A DNA stretch of 64,000 nt. Source: Macrostomum lignano (taxonomy: Eukaryota). The notes beneath the pieces are model-generated. The model was not told where the DNA came from and did not search any database. It saw only the letters and a list, made by a program, of their open reading frames with translations. The stretch covers positions 186,001-250,000 of the forward strand of contig NIVC01000286.1 of NCBI GenBank assembly GCA_002269645.1. The letters are read 5' to 3'. This document shows positions 24,637 to 46,900 of this stretch, piece by piece. Numbering within the stretch: position 1 is the stretch's first letter; the number at the start of each line of letters is the position of its first letter. Made by a program: the position numbers and the translations under genes.

Positions 24637-26630
24637 TTACGAGCGTACAAGCGATTCAATTGTTTTCATTTCAATTTGACCGGCAAACTCCGTGTCTGTT
24701 TCATCTCCTCCCAGCTCGAACGTTGCCGGGACTCCGATGGTCATGCTAGGGCCCGCCGCAGCAGATGTCACTGCAGCGTCTTCCGCGTCAGCGCCGCCAA
24801 CGATGGTCGTGCAGAAGCTCCTCGTGGTCTCCAGCTCCGAGCGCAGCCGGCTAGTAAACCGGCGGCGGCCTCGTCGAGCTGCCTCAGCGTACTCGAGGCT
24901 GGCCGCGCTGCTGCACCGACGGCTGGGTCGGCTGCTAGCTTGTCGAAGTCGGATTGTCAACCCGCGGCCGGTGCCCCGGAAGTTGCCGCTGCTACCAGTA
25001 GCGCCTGAACGTCCGTTGGTCAGCAGGCGCGCCAGGCCGTCAGTGAATTTCTCGTGTGCGCAGTTGTACACCAGAATGTTTAACGTGGAGTTCAGGCACG
25101 TGAGAAAATTGGCCGTGAAACCGACAGCTTGCCAGCGTTGATTCATTGGGTCGATTGATTTGAGCACGGTGGGCCACTCGCAGACCAGGAACAGGGTGCA
25201 CAGCAGCAGGACGGTACGGTTGCGAGCTCGGAAGCGTTCGCACGGCTCCAGGTTCAGCGACATTCGCCGTCGGCTGTGCCGCACCAGGTACTGCACCAGG
25301 AGGAGGCTGAACACCAGCAGGCAGATTATGGGCCCGACGTTCTGGAAGACGCAGAGCACCAATCCCAGGTAGGCAATGCGATAGGCCGCCAGCTGGCCAA
25401 GCAGACCATCGATGTGCGTCACCTGAAACGGCGAGCGTCGCGTTGAGGCGCGTTGTGGACAACTGGTAGTTAGCTACTAGCTCGTAATTTCAATACTATC
25501 ATTTTCTTGCATCTTCTGATTGTGATTTGTTTGCTGCGGAACAATTAGTGCATTTGTGCTGTGGTCATTGTGGACTGCAGGCGCATGGTTGTTTCACTCG
25601 AGTTACTGAGAAATTAGCTGGAGGCCGATAAGGAACTTTTATTTGTATTTTTTGTATTGCTAATGATAATAATCATAATTGATTGCACCTGCCGCAATTG
25701 GACCAGATGTGCAACCGACAGCTCAGCGCGGCGCTTCTGAAGGCTGCTCAGTCCAAGGACTGGGGGGGGGTCGCCACACACACCCTCAATTACTCCAGCT
25801 AATGCTGGCATTTTACAGCTGGGTGAACTGAAGCAATGCAGAGTTAAGTGTCTTACTCATCTTTCATGGGGTGAGTCCGACGCTCTACCACTAGGCTACA
25901 ACCTTCGCGTTGCTACTAAATAGTGCATTAATTCAGTATGGCTTTGGGGAACTGAATGCGGTATTGCAATGGACAAAGTACTTAAAACTTTTTTCCTCCG
26001 CACAATACTCACCTGATAGTTAGTCGAGCAAACCACCACCTGAAATTCGAACAGCCTGGGAGCCGACACCAGCACGCTCAAGACGGTTGCCAGGCCTAAA
26101 ACCTGACGAACTCGTCGCTTACTAGTTGGCCAGAAGCTCCGTCTACCGCCGCCATTTCCGTTGACCTGATCGCCGCTGCTGACTCCCTGCGCAGGCAGAC
26201 TCTGCGACACCACAACCCAGCGATAATAGCTGATGAGCACCACGCACCAGTTGCGCATGAGGTGGGCAGCGGTGAGCAGACAAAGACTCAGCATCAGTAG
26301 GACGCACACTGCGTAAGCGGAACCCAACGATGGCAGTGTGAGGTGGTTGGTGTCCATGCAGAACACCACCGCGTGATTGCAGGCGAACACAGCCTGGAAC
26401 ACGGCTTCGACCAGAGACAGCAGCATGAGCAGTCGGTTGAACTGACGTCTAGGACGCATCGATCGGAATACCAGGAAGCAGATCAGGTTCAACAGGAAGT
26501 TGCTGGAGGTCAGACAGACAACAAGGCCGTAGTAGAACCGTACGCCCGGGTTTTCCTGCAGGAAACGCGAGTTGTGCTTAGTTGCGTTCTCGCACTCGTG
26601 CGACCGGTTCCCGGATCGGAATATCATCAT
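24637..26630 (-). CDS. Rhodopsin-class (peptide receptor-like) GPCR, 2 exons (26013-26630, 24637-25422), ~467 aa
   Basis: N-terminal NRS/NAT sequons, 7 hydrophobic segments, TM3 end WCVVLISYYRW, TM4 SAPRLFEF, TM6 LFLVCEWP, TM7 CLNSTLNILVY. The intron is phase-0 GTGAGT...TTTCAG. Confidence 0.85.
25672..25895 (-). mobile_element. CORE-type SINE family A, copy 3 (in GPCR intron, internally deleted)
   Basis: Shares tail, CORE segment and the remnant head GACGCTCTACCACTAGGCTAC. Confidence 0.75.
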
Positions 26631-27444
26631 CACGTGATAGTCAGGTCCAGCTGTGAATCCGCCGCAATTATTTACGCTTTTGCAAACCGTCCGAGCCGCC
26701 AAACTAAGGCAGTGTGGAAATTACCCAGGCGAGAAAATAATCGAAGCGTCGTATGCAAAAAATGATTCGCAGCTCTGCTTTAGTCCGCTGCGGCGACCGC
26801 CGTGGCCTTTTTAGGAGCTCGCAGGCCTCCTCATTCTCCCGGAGGGAGATTATCGAAAAAAATCGCCCCACCAGGATGAAAGCCCATTTGCTTCCCAGCA
26901 TCTCAGCCAAGGCGAATCGACTATTGGCTCTTGTGCTAACTGCAATACGCGGCCCCCATCGTGCCAGTGCAAGGTGAAATATAACAGAACTTCTCTAATC
27001 CCGCCTACTTCCCGGTCTAATATGCACGCATAAAAAGTAGCTTAATTCTGTGATTGTGTATTAAGAGCTAGATTATCCCTTGGCTCTCCTCGTATCTCCA
27101 GGCAGCCTGGGGGGGGGGGTTATTGACCGTCATTGCAAGTCAAGTGGCTCCGTCTGCAGGCATATGGGGTTGGGCGAAGAGTGACTCCCAGCCCCAACTC
27201 TACACTTTGCAGTCCATGTATTTGAGCATTAAGCTGTTATGCTACGGCGAGAATCGATTACTACGCTCGTACAGCCATTAGCTGTATGTGGTCAATTCTC
27301 GGTCAATTATTTTCCGTTCTGAGTCTAACCAACAACCCTGATATGGTTGCTGTCATGCAGCTTAGCGCATTGTTCAATGGGGTACGCTGAGAGATAAAAG
27401 CCAGGTCTGATATCGTTAATAATATTATAGGGGAGCTTAACAGA

Positions 27445-27720
27445 TCAAGGACTCCTAGAACTCATCTGGACTGGAATAGAACCGAAAGACCATATACTTC
27501 TATAAAACTCATCTGGACTGGAAGGAAACCGAGTTCAGAAACCATGGACTCCCATACAACTCATCTGGTCTGGAAGGAAACCGAGAGAAGTCAGTGACAT
27601 CTATCGACTCATCTGGACGGACTTCTCTCGGTTCGCTTCCAATCCGGAGAGTTTTAGAAGTCCCTGGTTTCTCTCGGTTTGCTGCCAACCCAGGTAATTT
27701 CTAAGACTCCCTGTCTGCTT
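27445..27720. repeat. Fold-back array of ~45-bp units
   Basis: Three units of ACTCATCTGGACTGGAAGGAAACCGAG followed by inverted units (GACTTCTCTCGGTTCGCTTCC...). Confidence 0.55.
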
Positions 27721-30626
27721 CGTCTGCTTTAATTCCAGTCCACAGGATCTCTGTCCATAAAATGTTCATAAACTCTAAAAGACTCATCGACATACGGGTA
27801 TTATTGCGTACACGTACGTCTGCTTGGGGCGATATTGAGCGGCCAAATAAGGGCGTGTACTTGATACATGGAAAGATACATCGTCTCCTTATTACTCTAC
27901 AATCAAAGTACTTTTAACCTCTAGTAAATTGGCTCACTTAAACTGCCTGCCCAACAAAAAGAAATTGAGCGAACAGAAAAAATTTAACAATTTGAGCTCA
28001 TGGTGGACGGAGGCGGCGTACTTTGATGCAGATCGCTTTTGAGCCAAAATCTAATTGCTAACTCTATCTATGGTTTCTATGGACACATAAGTGGTTAATG
28101 AGTGGTCCATCTTGTGTACATAGCTCGTATGATCAAAATTGGTCACAACTGGTCGAGATTTTTCAACCGATTTTGTCTACTGGCGAACCTTCATGTAGCG
28201 CGATGCGTTCTCGAGAGCACACTATAAATGCACTAGCGATACCACAAATATGTACTTTTACATCGGCAGATAAGCAGAATGGTCCTACCTCGGTACACGG
28301 CGTGAATGCGCGGAGCCGCGTGGTCTGAATAAAACTGAAAAAAAGCGTCGCGTGCTACGCAATCGGTGCAACAGTCAGAGTTTCAACTATGCAGCCGATC
28401 CATGTCGAGTACATGGATTAATGAGGGTTGCCCTCTTCTTTGATGGCTAAAGTTTTTCAAGTTTATAAACCTATTCGTAGGAGGGCCGGCCGTGGGCACT
28501 CTGGTACAGCATCGTCCCTCATTGTCCCTCAAGCAGCGCTGAGGCTGTTCTTCCGGTGACTCCTGAGCACAGAGTGTGCAGCGGCCCTTGGATAATTTCT
28601 AATTGTTAGGCTACTACATCAGCCGGGTTCGCGTCTTGAGCATGGCCGTTGAAATCGATGAGCAAATCCACTGCACCACTCATCATTCTGGCGACGGGGT
28701 GTCCTCCTGGGCAAAGATATATTCGACTTTATTCGATTAATTAAAGCAGTTCCAAAAAAAATTTCACCGGTGGACAAAAACAGCCGCTCGCCAGGCAATC
28801 GTTATCACGCACTGGGACCGCTGATTATGTATCCCCCACTTGCCCCGGGCGAATGTCTATGGTCTCAGTGTAAATTTCATTTATTTGCATTAATTTAAAT
28901 AATATTTATTTATTTGATTTTTTCAAAACTGAGCAAAACCTTTTCTCTGCATGTATGTGTAAAGACACTCTTTCATTCTTTTCCTTCTCTGAGTAACTGA
29001 GTAGCATTTTGTGGCCATAGACAAAAACCTTCGCATTCACCGCATGTCTGAATCTGCAGAATATGGTATAGAAATTCTGCTATAGACCAAAGTCATCGAA
29101 TCATTTTTTCAAAAAATTGTCTTAACGTTACGTTCTTAAATGTGGGGGCTCAGCCCCCACATCCCCGCAAGGGGGCTAAGCGCCCCCTTGACCCCGTTTT
29201 CCCTGTTACGCTGCTTCTACTCGTACTTTTAAGTGGTGGATACATCACATATTCCCCGTTTATACCAAGTGTTTAGGACAAAAATGTTTGAGTGACTTGT
29301 TTATTGACCGAGGCGACGCCGATATATGCATATATCGCATGCATAATAAAGGCAGCAATATAAAGGCAAATATTGCTGCAGCAATATTTTAAAATTTTAT
29401 AAAAGTAAATTATTGATTATGTGTAACTACGATAATTAAGTTTGATTTAACGGGAACAATTTTCCTGAAAAAAAACCAATCGCCTATGTGCGCATGTACT
29501 TGCAATTATATGACCAAAGCATGCATCTACACATGCTCTTGGGGAGGTACACGCTCGTACCATCCCCATGCTAATCATCATCATGTATACTTTGTACAGA
29601 TGTTCAAGAAATAGTTATATGATACTCTTCATTCTATACTCAGAAAAAAATTGAAAGTAATCTATAAGTAGATTGTTCTAGATAAACTGTGACCTAAAAA
29701 TTATCTATTAACTTTTTTGGAAACATCGGCGTGTCAAGGCAAATTCAGCATATAGGTAACGGATTTAATCGCACGTTAATTCAAGTTTAAACAAATACAT
29801 TTCTTTTTGATACAACTCAAGTAAAGAAGTATAAATAAAATAAATAATAGGATTTTATATACGTATACAAAAAAATAAATTGCTCAATAGTTTGATACAA
29901 ACTTCCTAAAAATGGTTATGGTAGAGCAAAGGAATGGGTTCAACTTGTATTCTAGAAGCCTTTTCACTTTCAGACATAACCAAACCAAAACTCTATTCAT
30001 TCTCCGGCTTCTCGCTATTTCAATCATTAGTATATTTAATTACTTAAAATTTTAGTCATATTTGGTATATAGGAATGGGATCTTTCGTTTAATTTTTCCC
30101 GGGATATAATTACATGATTTTACAAAACAAAAATGATCATGTTTGTATTATTAAATAAGAAATTTCTTTTTGTAAACTTACAATCAAATAGAATTAGTTA
30201 GGGTTCATTCTTCATACAACTTGCCTGATTGTTTTGCTGTTTTAATTTGAGTAAAGACTATTTATAATTAGCCCAGAGAAACAAATTGTTGCTAATATTT
30301 TTCATTTGTAAATACAATAAAGGAACTATATTAATTAACTAAACATTTTTATTGGTGAAATAAATTTACATTTTCATTAGAAAATATTTTTCAATAATTT
30401 TAATGATTGTAGAATCATTTCCGAGAGTAAAGTCAAAGACATTTTTTTTCTTTAATTTATGGCTTTTCAATTATGCCTAAACTCACATTTATTGAAAGTG
30501 ATTATCCAGAAAATGTCCTGTATTATAATCAAGTATTATATATAATTTAGAAGTATTATATATAATTAAGACATTAAGGCAGGTCGATTAAAATTTTGTT
30601 GCTAATCAAAAATATTTTCAGACTAA

Positions 30627-39029
<8,403 letters not shown>

Positions 39030-40994
39030 CTTTAGCCGCTGAGCTTGAGAAGATTCCAGTGCTGATTGATGCCAGATTCAATCGAAGCACATGTACTTTT
39101 GAACGCCTGCTGTTGTACCCGTCCAATTACACGTACACGTACCTTTTTACTTACAATTAACAAAATATTTGAATTCTACTATTTTACATGTAACTTAATC
39201 TCTGCTGTAAAAGATTTAACTTTATATGTAAATCAGATTTAATTTAAACTGACATAAATAATATTGTACCTGTTTATGTAAAAAATACTATAGATTTGAA
39301 CTAATAATATACTTGGACACATAACATATGTAGTACTTCGAGATTGATATGAAAAATCCACCTGTAGCTTTTGATAGACTTCAAAATCGAGAAAGTTAAT
39401 TCAAATTTTAATTATTTTTTAACATCATTCTTGCAAAAAGTATCTTGCAGTCGTCTGCTGCCAGCTGCTGGAGCCAATGCACTCGTACATGTACATAAAC
39501 TTTTTGCAGCTTTTACATGTATTTATTACAAAACAAGCGGAATTCGCCCAAGCTGACGACCTTGGGGGAATGCAGTGCATGGTCCTTGAATTCGCCTGCA
39601 TTCAGATATTCATGGTTCATGAAAACTGTAAGTCTCTTGATAATTTGAGAATCCGTGTAAAAAGTGAATTCACTTGGTGTGTTAAATTTAGCTTAGAAAA
39701 AGACTTCGACTTCGTTTTAACATCTCTGTCAAGTCTGGAGACAGGACATTTACGAGTAGACAATCAGACTTGTTCTCAAAGGTAGTACTTTGTGGAAAAT
39801 TACGATTGAAATAATGAAAAATTGCAACTAATTAAAAGCACTCAGCTATCACATATTACGGGACTCAATTTTGGCTAATAAAACTTTCGTGTCAAGAATC
39901 GCTATTCTAACTTTTACGGTTTTCAAGGCGACTTAAACAAAGCCTGTTGTATATTTTTCTTAAAAAGAATAAATAAAATAATAGATGAGTAGTTCCACTA
40001 CTATTGCAAATTTTTTAATTTCATTGTCATTTTTTAATAAAAACTGTAGCTGTAAACTTCGTATGCAAGGATTTTTTAACATCTGACATTTATATTCTTT
40101 TAAATTATCTTTCGCATTATCGTGCGACAATTAGCCGTGATGGATGCTTGGTTTTTGCCTATAAACTTTTTCTGTTGAACTCTTTGTACTCTCATTGCAT
40201 TTTGTGCTCTTTATTTACTTTTAAACACCTCATTTTCAAGAGTAATTTTTGTTTGACCAAAATCAAGCTATTTTATATTCCAGTTAATTTAGAAATTCAG
40301 AATGATGACAATATTACAATCAATAGATTTATATTTTCTGCCATATTTATTAGAACAATTTACAAGCGTTCAAGACCTAAAAAATCATTTTAATAAAATG
40401 ATCAGTAGTATTCTGTAATATTTGTATTGTGGCATAAAACTTGTTCTGGTTGTATAATATTAATACCCGTTCTGTCTGTCTTGCATACATGTACACAGTA
40501 TGTATTGTCCATCACAGATAATTAATTGGTTGAGATCATGAGCTTGTGTTTCGCATAGTAAGATCCTTCTTTTGAACTTTTCTTGACATTTTAGATTTAT
40601 TGGCTGGAAGAAATTATACTGATGCATGAAAGAGTTGTATAATTTTCAAATTAAACATTAAATAAAGAAGTTAGTCAGTGGAATAGTCGGTGATCATAAA
40701 GATTAATTTTTGCTTATATTGTCTACGAAATTTTGATTTATTAAAATGTCTCCCTCCATAAGCTAAAACATGTAGGAAGGTGCTTCACTTTTAATCTGTT
40801 TTAGTCATTGAGCATCTTGTTGTGTATTTTTTTCCAAAAAAACAAAAATAATATTATAATGTATCTTAGCTAATTAATCTAAATTTACATGTTAATTTTA
40901 AATTTTGAGTTATACTAGAAAATAAATAGATGCACTTCAGTTAGCACTATCAGCAATGAAAACATTGGCATTCCAGACCCTTTAGTCTCAAGCC

Positions 40995-43900
40995 ATGTTA
41001 AGCCAGCCCGTGCGCAGCGCAGCCACCCCGAAGCTGCGCCAGCCGGTCCGGCACACTGGTCAGCGGGATCCGGACTCGCTGCGATCGCTGAATGTCACCG
41101 GCTCCGCCAGGATTGACGTGTGCAGCAATCTGGATCTGGAATGCCGAGTCGGCGATGTCGGCGGCTACTGCAGATCAGCTAGACGAGCTCAGGGTAAGGG
41201 TTGCCATGCGGTCAGTGCTTATATTTTTTTGAAAAATATTTTTTGATTTTCTAAATGACCTTTCAGAGAGCTACGACGCCAGATTACAACAGAAGAAGCT
41301 GAAGGATGAACTGATCACGGACTCAGAGATTGACTATCTAATTAGGGAGAAGCTGCGTAAAGAGCAATACGCTGTAGAGTGCCTGTTCCGCAATGCCGAT
41401 CCCTCACAGTGCGGCAGAGTGCACAGGTAAGTGCTGTTGGGGCAGGTTGTAAGGGGTAAGAGAGTGGCTGCCGGTTGGTTGGTGCAGGGTGGGTGTGAGT
41501 GAGGGTAAGAGAGTGACTGTGGGTTGGGGCAGGTTGTAAGGGGCAAGAGAGTGTCTGGGGGTTGGTTGGGGCAGGGTGTGAGGGTAAGACAGTGGCTGGG
41601 GGTTGGGGCAGGTTGTAAGGGGTAAGAGAGTGGCTGGGGGTTGGTTGGGGCTAGGTGTGAGGGTAAGAGAGTGGCTGGGAGTTGGGGCAGTGTGTGCATG
41701 AGGGTGAGAGAGGCTGGTGGTTGGGGCAGTGTATGAGGATAAGAGAGTGGTGGGGGTTGGGGCAGTATGTGAGGGTAAGAAAGTGACTGGGGGTTGGTGC
41801 AGGGTGTGAGGGTGAGAGAGTGGTGGGGGGTTGGGGCAGGGTGTGATTGTAGGAGAGTGGCTGGGGGTTGGTGCAGGGTGTGAGGGTGAGGGTGGCTGAG
41901 ATAGAGTAGGGTTTTTGTGGGTTGAGGACAGATCGTATTTAATAAAAAAATTTCAAACGATCTGCCGATTCCAGAAACGCGCTGCTGCGTATTCTGTACA
42001 GCATCTGCGGCCACATCCGATTCGAACAATTCCACCGTCTGCTCGACCGTCTGGGCCTCGAGGACAAGCAGACCGTGACATTCGCCGATTTCAAGGCCGG
42101 CTTCTCCGACAGTTCGTCGACTTCGCCGCCATCAGGCACCGCAGCGGCGCCGCTGATCGGGCGGTACAGCAGCAAGCCGGTCAGCGTGGCGCACGCGTTC
42201 GCCATGATGCGTCAGCGGGTGGCGCAGCCGGGCTTTGATTTGGCCGACATCCTGCCGGCCGCCTGCTTTGAGCCGGACGGTGTTGTGCTGAAACCGCAGC
42301 TGGTGCGCGCTCTGGAACTGCTGCGGATTCCCCTGGCGCCGGGCGATACGGACAAGTTCTGGGGCAGGTGAGATGATCGTTTTAAGTAGCATATAGGAAA
42401 TTGATTTTTCTTAAAATAACTGCAGGGCGAATCCATGTTTCTATAAATAACTGCAGGGAGATTCCATGTGTCTATAAATAACTGCAGGGAGAATCCATGT
42501 GTCTATAAGTAACTGCAGGGCGAATCCATGTTTCTATAAATAACTGCAGGGCGAATCCATGTTTCTATAAATAACTGCAGGGAGAATCCATGTTTCTATA
42601 AATAACTGCAGGGAGATTCCATGTGTCTATAAGTAACTGCAGGGCGAATCCATGTCTCTATAAATGATTGCGGGGAGATTCCATGCTCATAAATATTCGA
42701 TAAGTACAGGGAGCATCCATCTTTCCCCAAATAACTGCAGAGAGAATCCATGTTTCTATAAGTAACTGCAGGGAGAATCCATGTTTCTATAAATATTGTA
42801 ACTGCAGGAACAACTTTCCTTTATTAATTTCAAAACCAACCCGAAGATTTTTATAGCTGATTTTTCAAACTACTATTGCGTAAATCAGCAATAAATCAGC
42901 AATAAATTTTTAGATGGTCTACGATCAATTTAAATTATTTTACAGCACCATTGAAGTACCATCCAGCCAGTTGCTCTAGTTTTTGCCTTCTGCAGGTCTT
43001 ATTAAATTCAGCCGTAGCCCTCGGTGGTCCAGAGCGTCGCTCTGGTGTGCCAGCGACCCAGGCTCGATTCCAAGTGCAGTCACATTAATCTTGGGCTGAA
43101 TTGGAATCTCGGCTTGGCTCTGCTCGTGCAATTAACGGCCTGAGGGCCAACCCCAAGGCACAGTGAAGTGTACATGCCTAACGATAAATAAAGTCAGGGC
43201 CGCTGTACACTCCTGTGTGAGTGTGTGCCTGTGCGTATGACTGCGTACGTATCCGCGCGCTTGTGTGCCTGCTCAGGGGAGTCGGCGGAATGGGCAGCAA
43301 TGCCTCTCGCCGGTTGCGTGACAATGTCGCTTACAGCCCCCTGTCTAACTAAATGAGGGATGAGAAATTACAGCAGCCATTTACGTTCAGTCTAAGGAAT
43401 ATTTTTGTGAAAAATCCTCTTCATGCTACTTACGAAAAGCTTTAGTCAGTAGTGCTATTCAATCATTAACTTTAAGCATATTTTCTGTTTTCACCAGACC
43501 TATTTCCGGGATTAGAAGCATTCGAAAAGAAGGCAGCTCAGCAGCCTAATTGGAATATTTTTTTCATTTGCTCCACAATTCGTGCTGTTTCTTTGATTCT
43601 ATTCTGAAAAACATTTCCGAAAGAAGGTTAAATAATTCTCATTTACTTTGGAAAGTCGCAGAACTTTGGATTTTGTTTTTGTACCGCACAGAAAAGCACA
43701 ACAGGAGAGGCTGGCAAAACAGGGCAATTAGCGGATGAAGCAGTTTATCTAGCAACAAAAATAGAGTGACGCTGAATTGCCGCAAATGATTTGTTTCTTG
43801 GAAAATCCAGCGTTTCTCGTTGAGCACAACAGAGGCAATTTAATAAACCTTGAATGTTTGTCAATCACAATGAAAACTGTTCTTTTCAGCCACTTTTTTA

Positions 43901-46900
43901 TAATGTTCTTTTCTGCGGTTTAGAAAAACGGCGATAAACACAAGCCTGTTTATTGACGTCAGTGCTGGAATCATTTTCGTAGAATTTCAAAACGCTTTCA
44001 AAGAAAGCCCGGGTTACATAAAATTTCAATATGGGGATGAATTCGGGGGATGAAATTGTTGTTAAGGCTGATTTTTAGCGGTAAAGTGTCTGTATACAAA
44101 TAGAATTTAAATATAAACAACACGCATTATGTTTTTTTTCCCTGAACTCACAACAAAACAAACAATAAGTAACAAAAAGGATGGCTCAGATTTAAACAAA
44201 AACACACTTAGAAGTTAGTTTCTTAGAAACTGTTTTCCTCGAAACGAACCAAAAATAATAAAAGCCGCAATATAAAATTCAGATTTGACCTTCACGGCAC
44301 TGGAGCTGTGAGCACAAGTCAGCTGCAGACTCTTCTGGGACTGTCGTGCAGCAGTAATCAGGGCCAGAGGACCCAGCGCGGACCGCCCAGATCGAAAACT
44401 GCGCCAAGTCACGCTGAGAGAAGAAAGCTGGATCTGCAGCAGAAAGATGAATCGCCTGCAATCAAACCTGAGGAGGTGAGGCCCGCTAGCCCCCTCCACT
44501 GATGCTGCACTGACCCGCTAGCACCCTCCACTGATGCTTCACTGACCCGCTAGCCCCCTCCACTGCTGCTGCACTGACCCGCTAGCACCCTCCACTGCTT
44601 CTGCACTGACCCGCTAGCACCCTCCACTGCTTCTGCACTGACCCGCTAGCACCCTCCACTGCTGCTGCACTGACCCGCTAGCACCCTCCACTGCTGCTGC
44701 ACTGACCCGCTAGCACCCTCCACTGCTGCTGCACTGACCCGCTAGCACCCTCCACTGCTGCTGCACTGACCCGCTAGCACCCTCCACTGCTGCTGCACTG
44801 ACCCGCTAGCACCCTCCACTGACGCTTCACTGACCCGCTAGCACCCTCCACTGACGCTTCACTGACCCGCTAGCACCCTCCACTGCTGCTGCACTGACCC
44901 GCTAGCACCCTCCACTGATGCTTCACTGACCCGCTAGCACCCTCCACTGACGCTGCACTGACCCGCTCAAAGACTTGACACATTTATAACAGCAGTATTT
45001 TTTGTCATTTTTAAGGCTTCATCTGAGCAGCAGCAGAAGCCTTCGTCACCTCAACCAGCAGCCGCCGAGACCGCTGCGACACCCAGCTCAGCACAGGCCA
45101 CGGCGGCTGACTTCAAGCATTTGAAGCGATTCGAGCTCATGCGAAAAAACCGTCCAGTTTTCGATCATTTTATGGACGCTTTTTACTACATGGTAGGTCG
45201 GCATGGGTCACTGACGGGGGGGTCACTGAGGAGTCACTATGGGGTCACTGTGGGGTCGCTGCGAAGTCACTATGGGATCACTGAGAGATCAGTGAAGATC
45301 ATTGAGGGTTCACTATGCGAGTAACTTGGAGTCACTGAGGAGTCACTGAGGAGTCACTGAGGAGTCACTGCGGAACACACTGTTGGTGGCCTCTATTTTG
45401 GGCGACTCAATAGAATCCAAGTTGAAAGAATTCTTCCCAAAATGTCACCAAAAATCGACCACCTCTCCGCCAGTTCGAGGAGCCCTACGAGGCCCTGCTA
45501 GCGGCATTCCAACACGCAGACACGGAGCGCTCCGGTCGACTGGCAATTGGCGAACTGCAACGCGTGCTTCGCGAATTCGGCTTCCCGACTGCCGACGGGC
45601 CGGACAGCGTCGGGTTCGACCAGTTCCTCATCCGGTTCGGCCTGCGACCCGGCTACGCCGGAGCGGTGAGCTACGAGGATCTCCTGGCCAAGCTGCAGGC
45701 TAAGGGCGCGAATTCTCTGCTCAGCCGCTACCTGCTATCGGACAAGACACCGATTGCGTGAGTGACAAATTTCTATTATATCTTTAAATTTTCCAGGATT
45801 CTCCCTGTAGTTATCTATAGAAACATGGATTCTCCCTTAGTTATTAATAGAAACATGGATTCTCCCTGTAGTTATTTATGGAAATATGGATTCGCCTTGT
45901 AGTTATTAATAGAAACTCAGATTCTCCCTGTAGTTACTATAGAAACATGGATTCTCCCTGTAGTTATTTATGGAAACTCGTACTCTCTCTATGGTTATTA
46001 TTTGAAACATGAACTCGCCGTGAAGTTATTTTTGACAAGGGGTTTCTCCTTAGAGTTATTTAAAGAAACTTTAATCTTCAAGTAGTTAATTTTAGAAACA
46101 TAGGTTCGCCTGGTAAGTATTTTTAGAAACACGGAGTCTCCCCTACATTCATTTCATAGAAACACAGATTTCCCACAGTTTTGCGATGTAGACCAGGAGC
46201 AATCACCAAACATGGACCAGAGACGTGTATTCTGAAGAGCTTTAGTATAGAAAAAATATCACTTCTAGCTCGTACCTAAGAGCATCAAAGCATGAATTCT
46301 CCCAGGAGAATTTCTACTCAGGGGTATTCTCCACGGAGAAAATTAGAAAATTTTCCAATTACCGTTATTGCATGATAACTCTGTGAGGCGGCCTGCCCAT
46401 CAAAGGACCAGTCCAAGCCATCAAAAGAATTAATTTTCCTTTGTCCAAGCTAGTCCGGGCCAGAGCATTATTTGCAATTCAATTATCGTTTCCACTAAAT
46501 TTTTCTCGTCGGCAACTGCTCAAATTTTAGCCGCCCCCAAAAGTCGTGATTAATCTCGAAGCAAGTCGTGTGTTTTTGCAGCATCGCCGGCCGTAAACAG
46601 CAAGCAGTGCCGTGCTTCCGTGCAGGCTGCGAGCTGCTGGCGGTGATCTGCACTTCTGGGCTGCATACCGTGATTGACAGACTCAATTTTGCGACGAATT
46701 CAACTTTACTAACCAAGCCCATAGGAAGTGGCTTCCCTGTGAGAAGGAAATTGAGGGTGAAGTCCCTTATCAGCCGAGAGCTGACTCGCGAGGGCGAGCC
46801 TACAGGTTCCAAGTGGACTCCGAACTCGATAAGAGTATTAGGCTTAGCAAGTAAACACCCGGACCTTCCTGACATTCATCTGGCCTTCACTTCATCTCAT

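Noticed and set aside
28490-28720. GC-richer exon-like patch
   Set aside because: No convincing frame, splice pair or motif.
43498-43620. Candidate extra EF-hand gene exon after a CACCAG acceptor
   Set aside because: The required phase gives an early stop; the exon at 44283 fits phase and EF-hand sequence.
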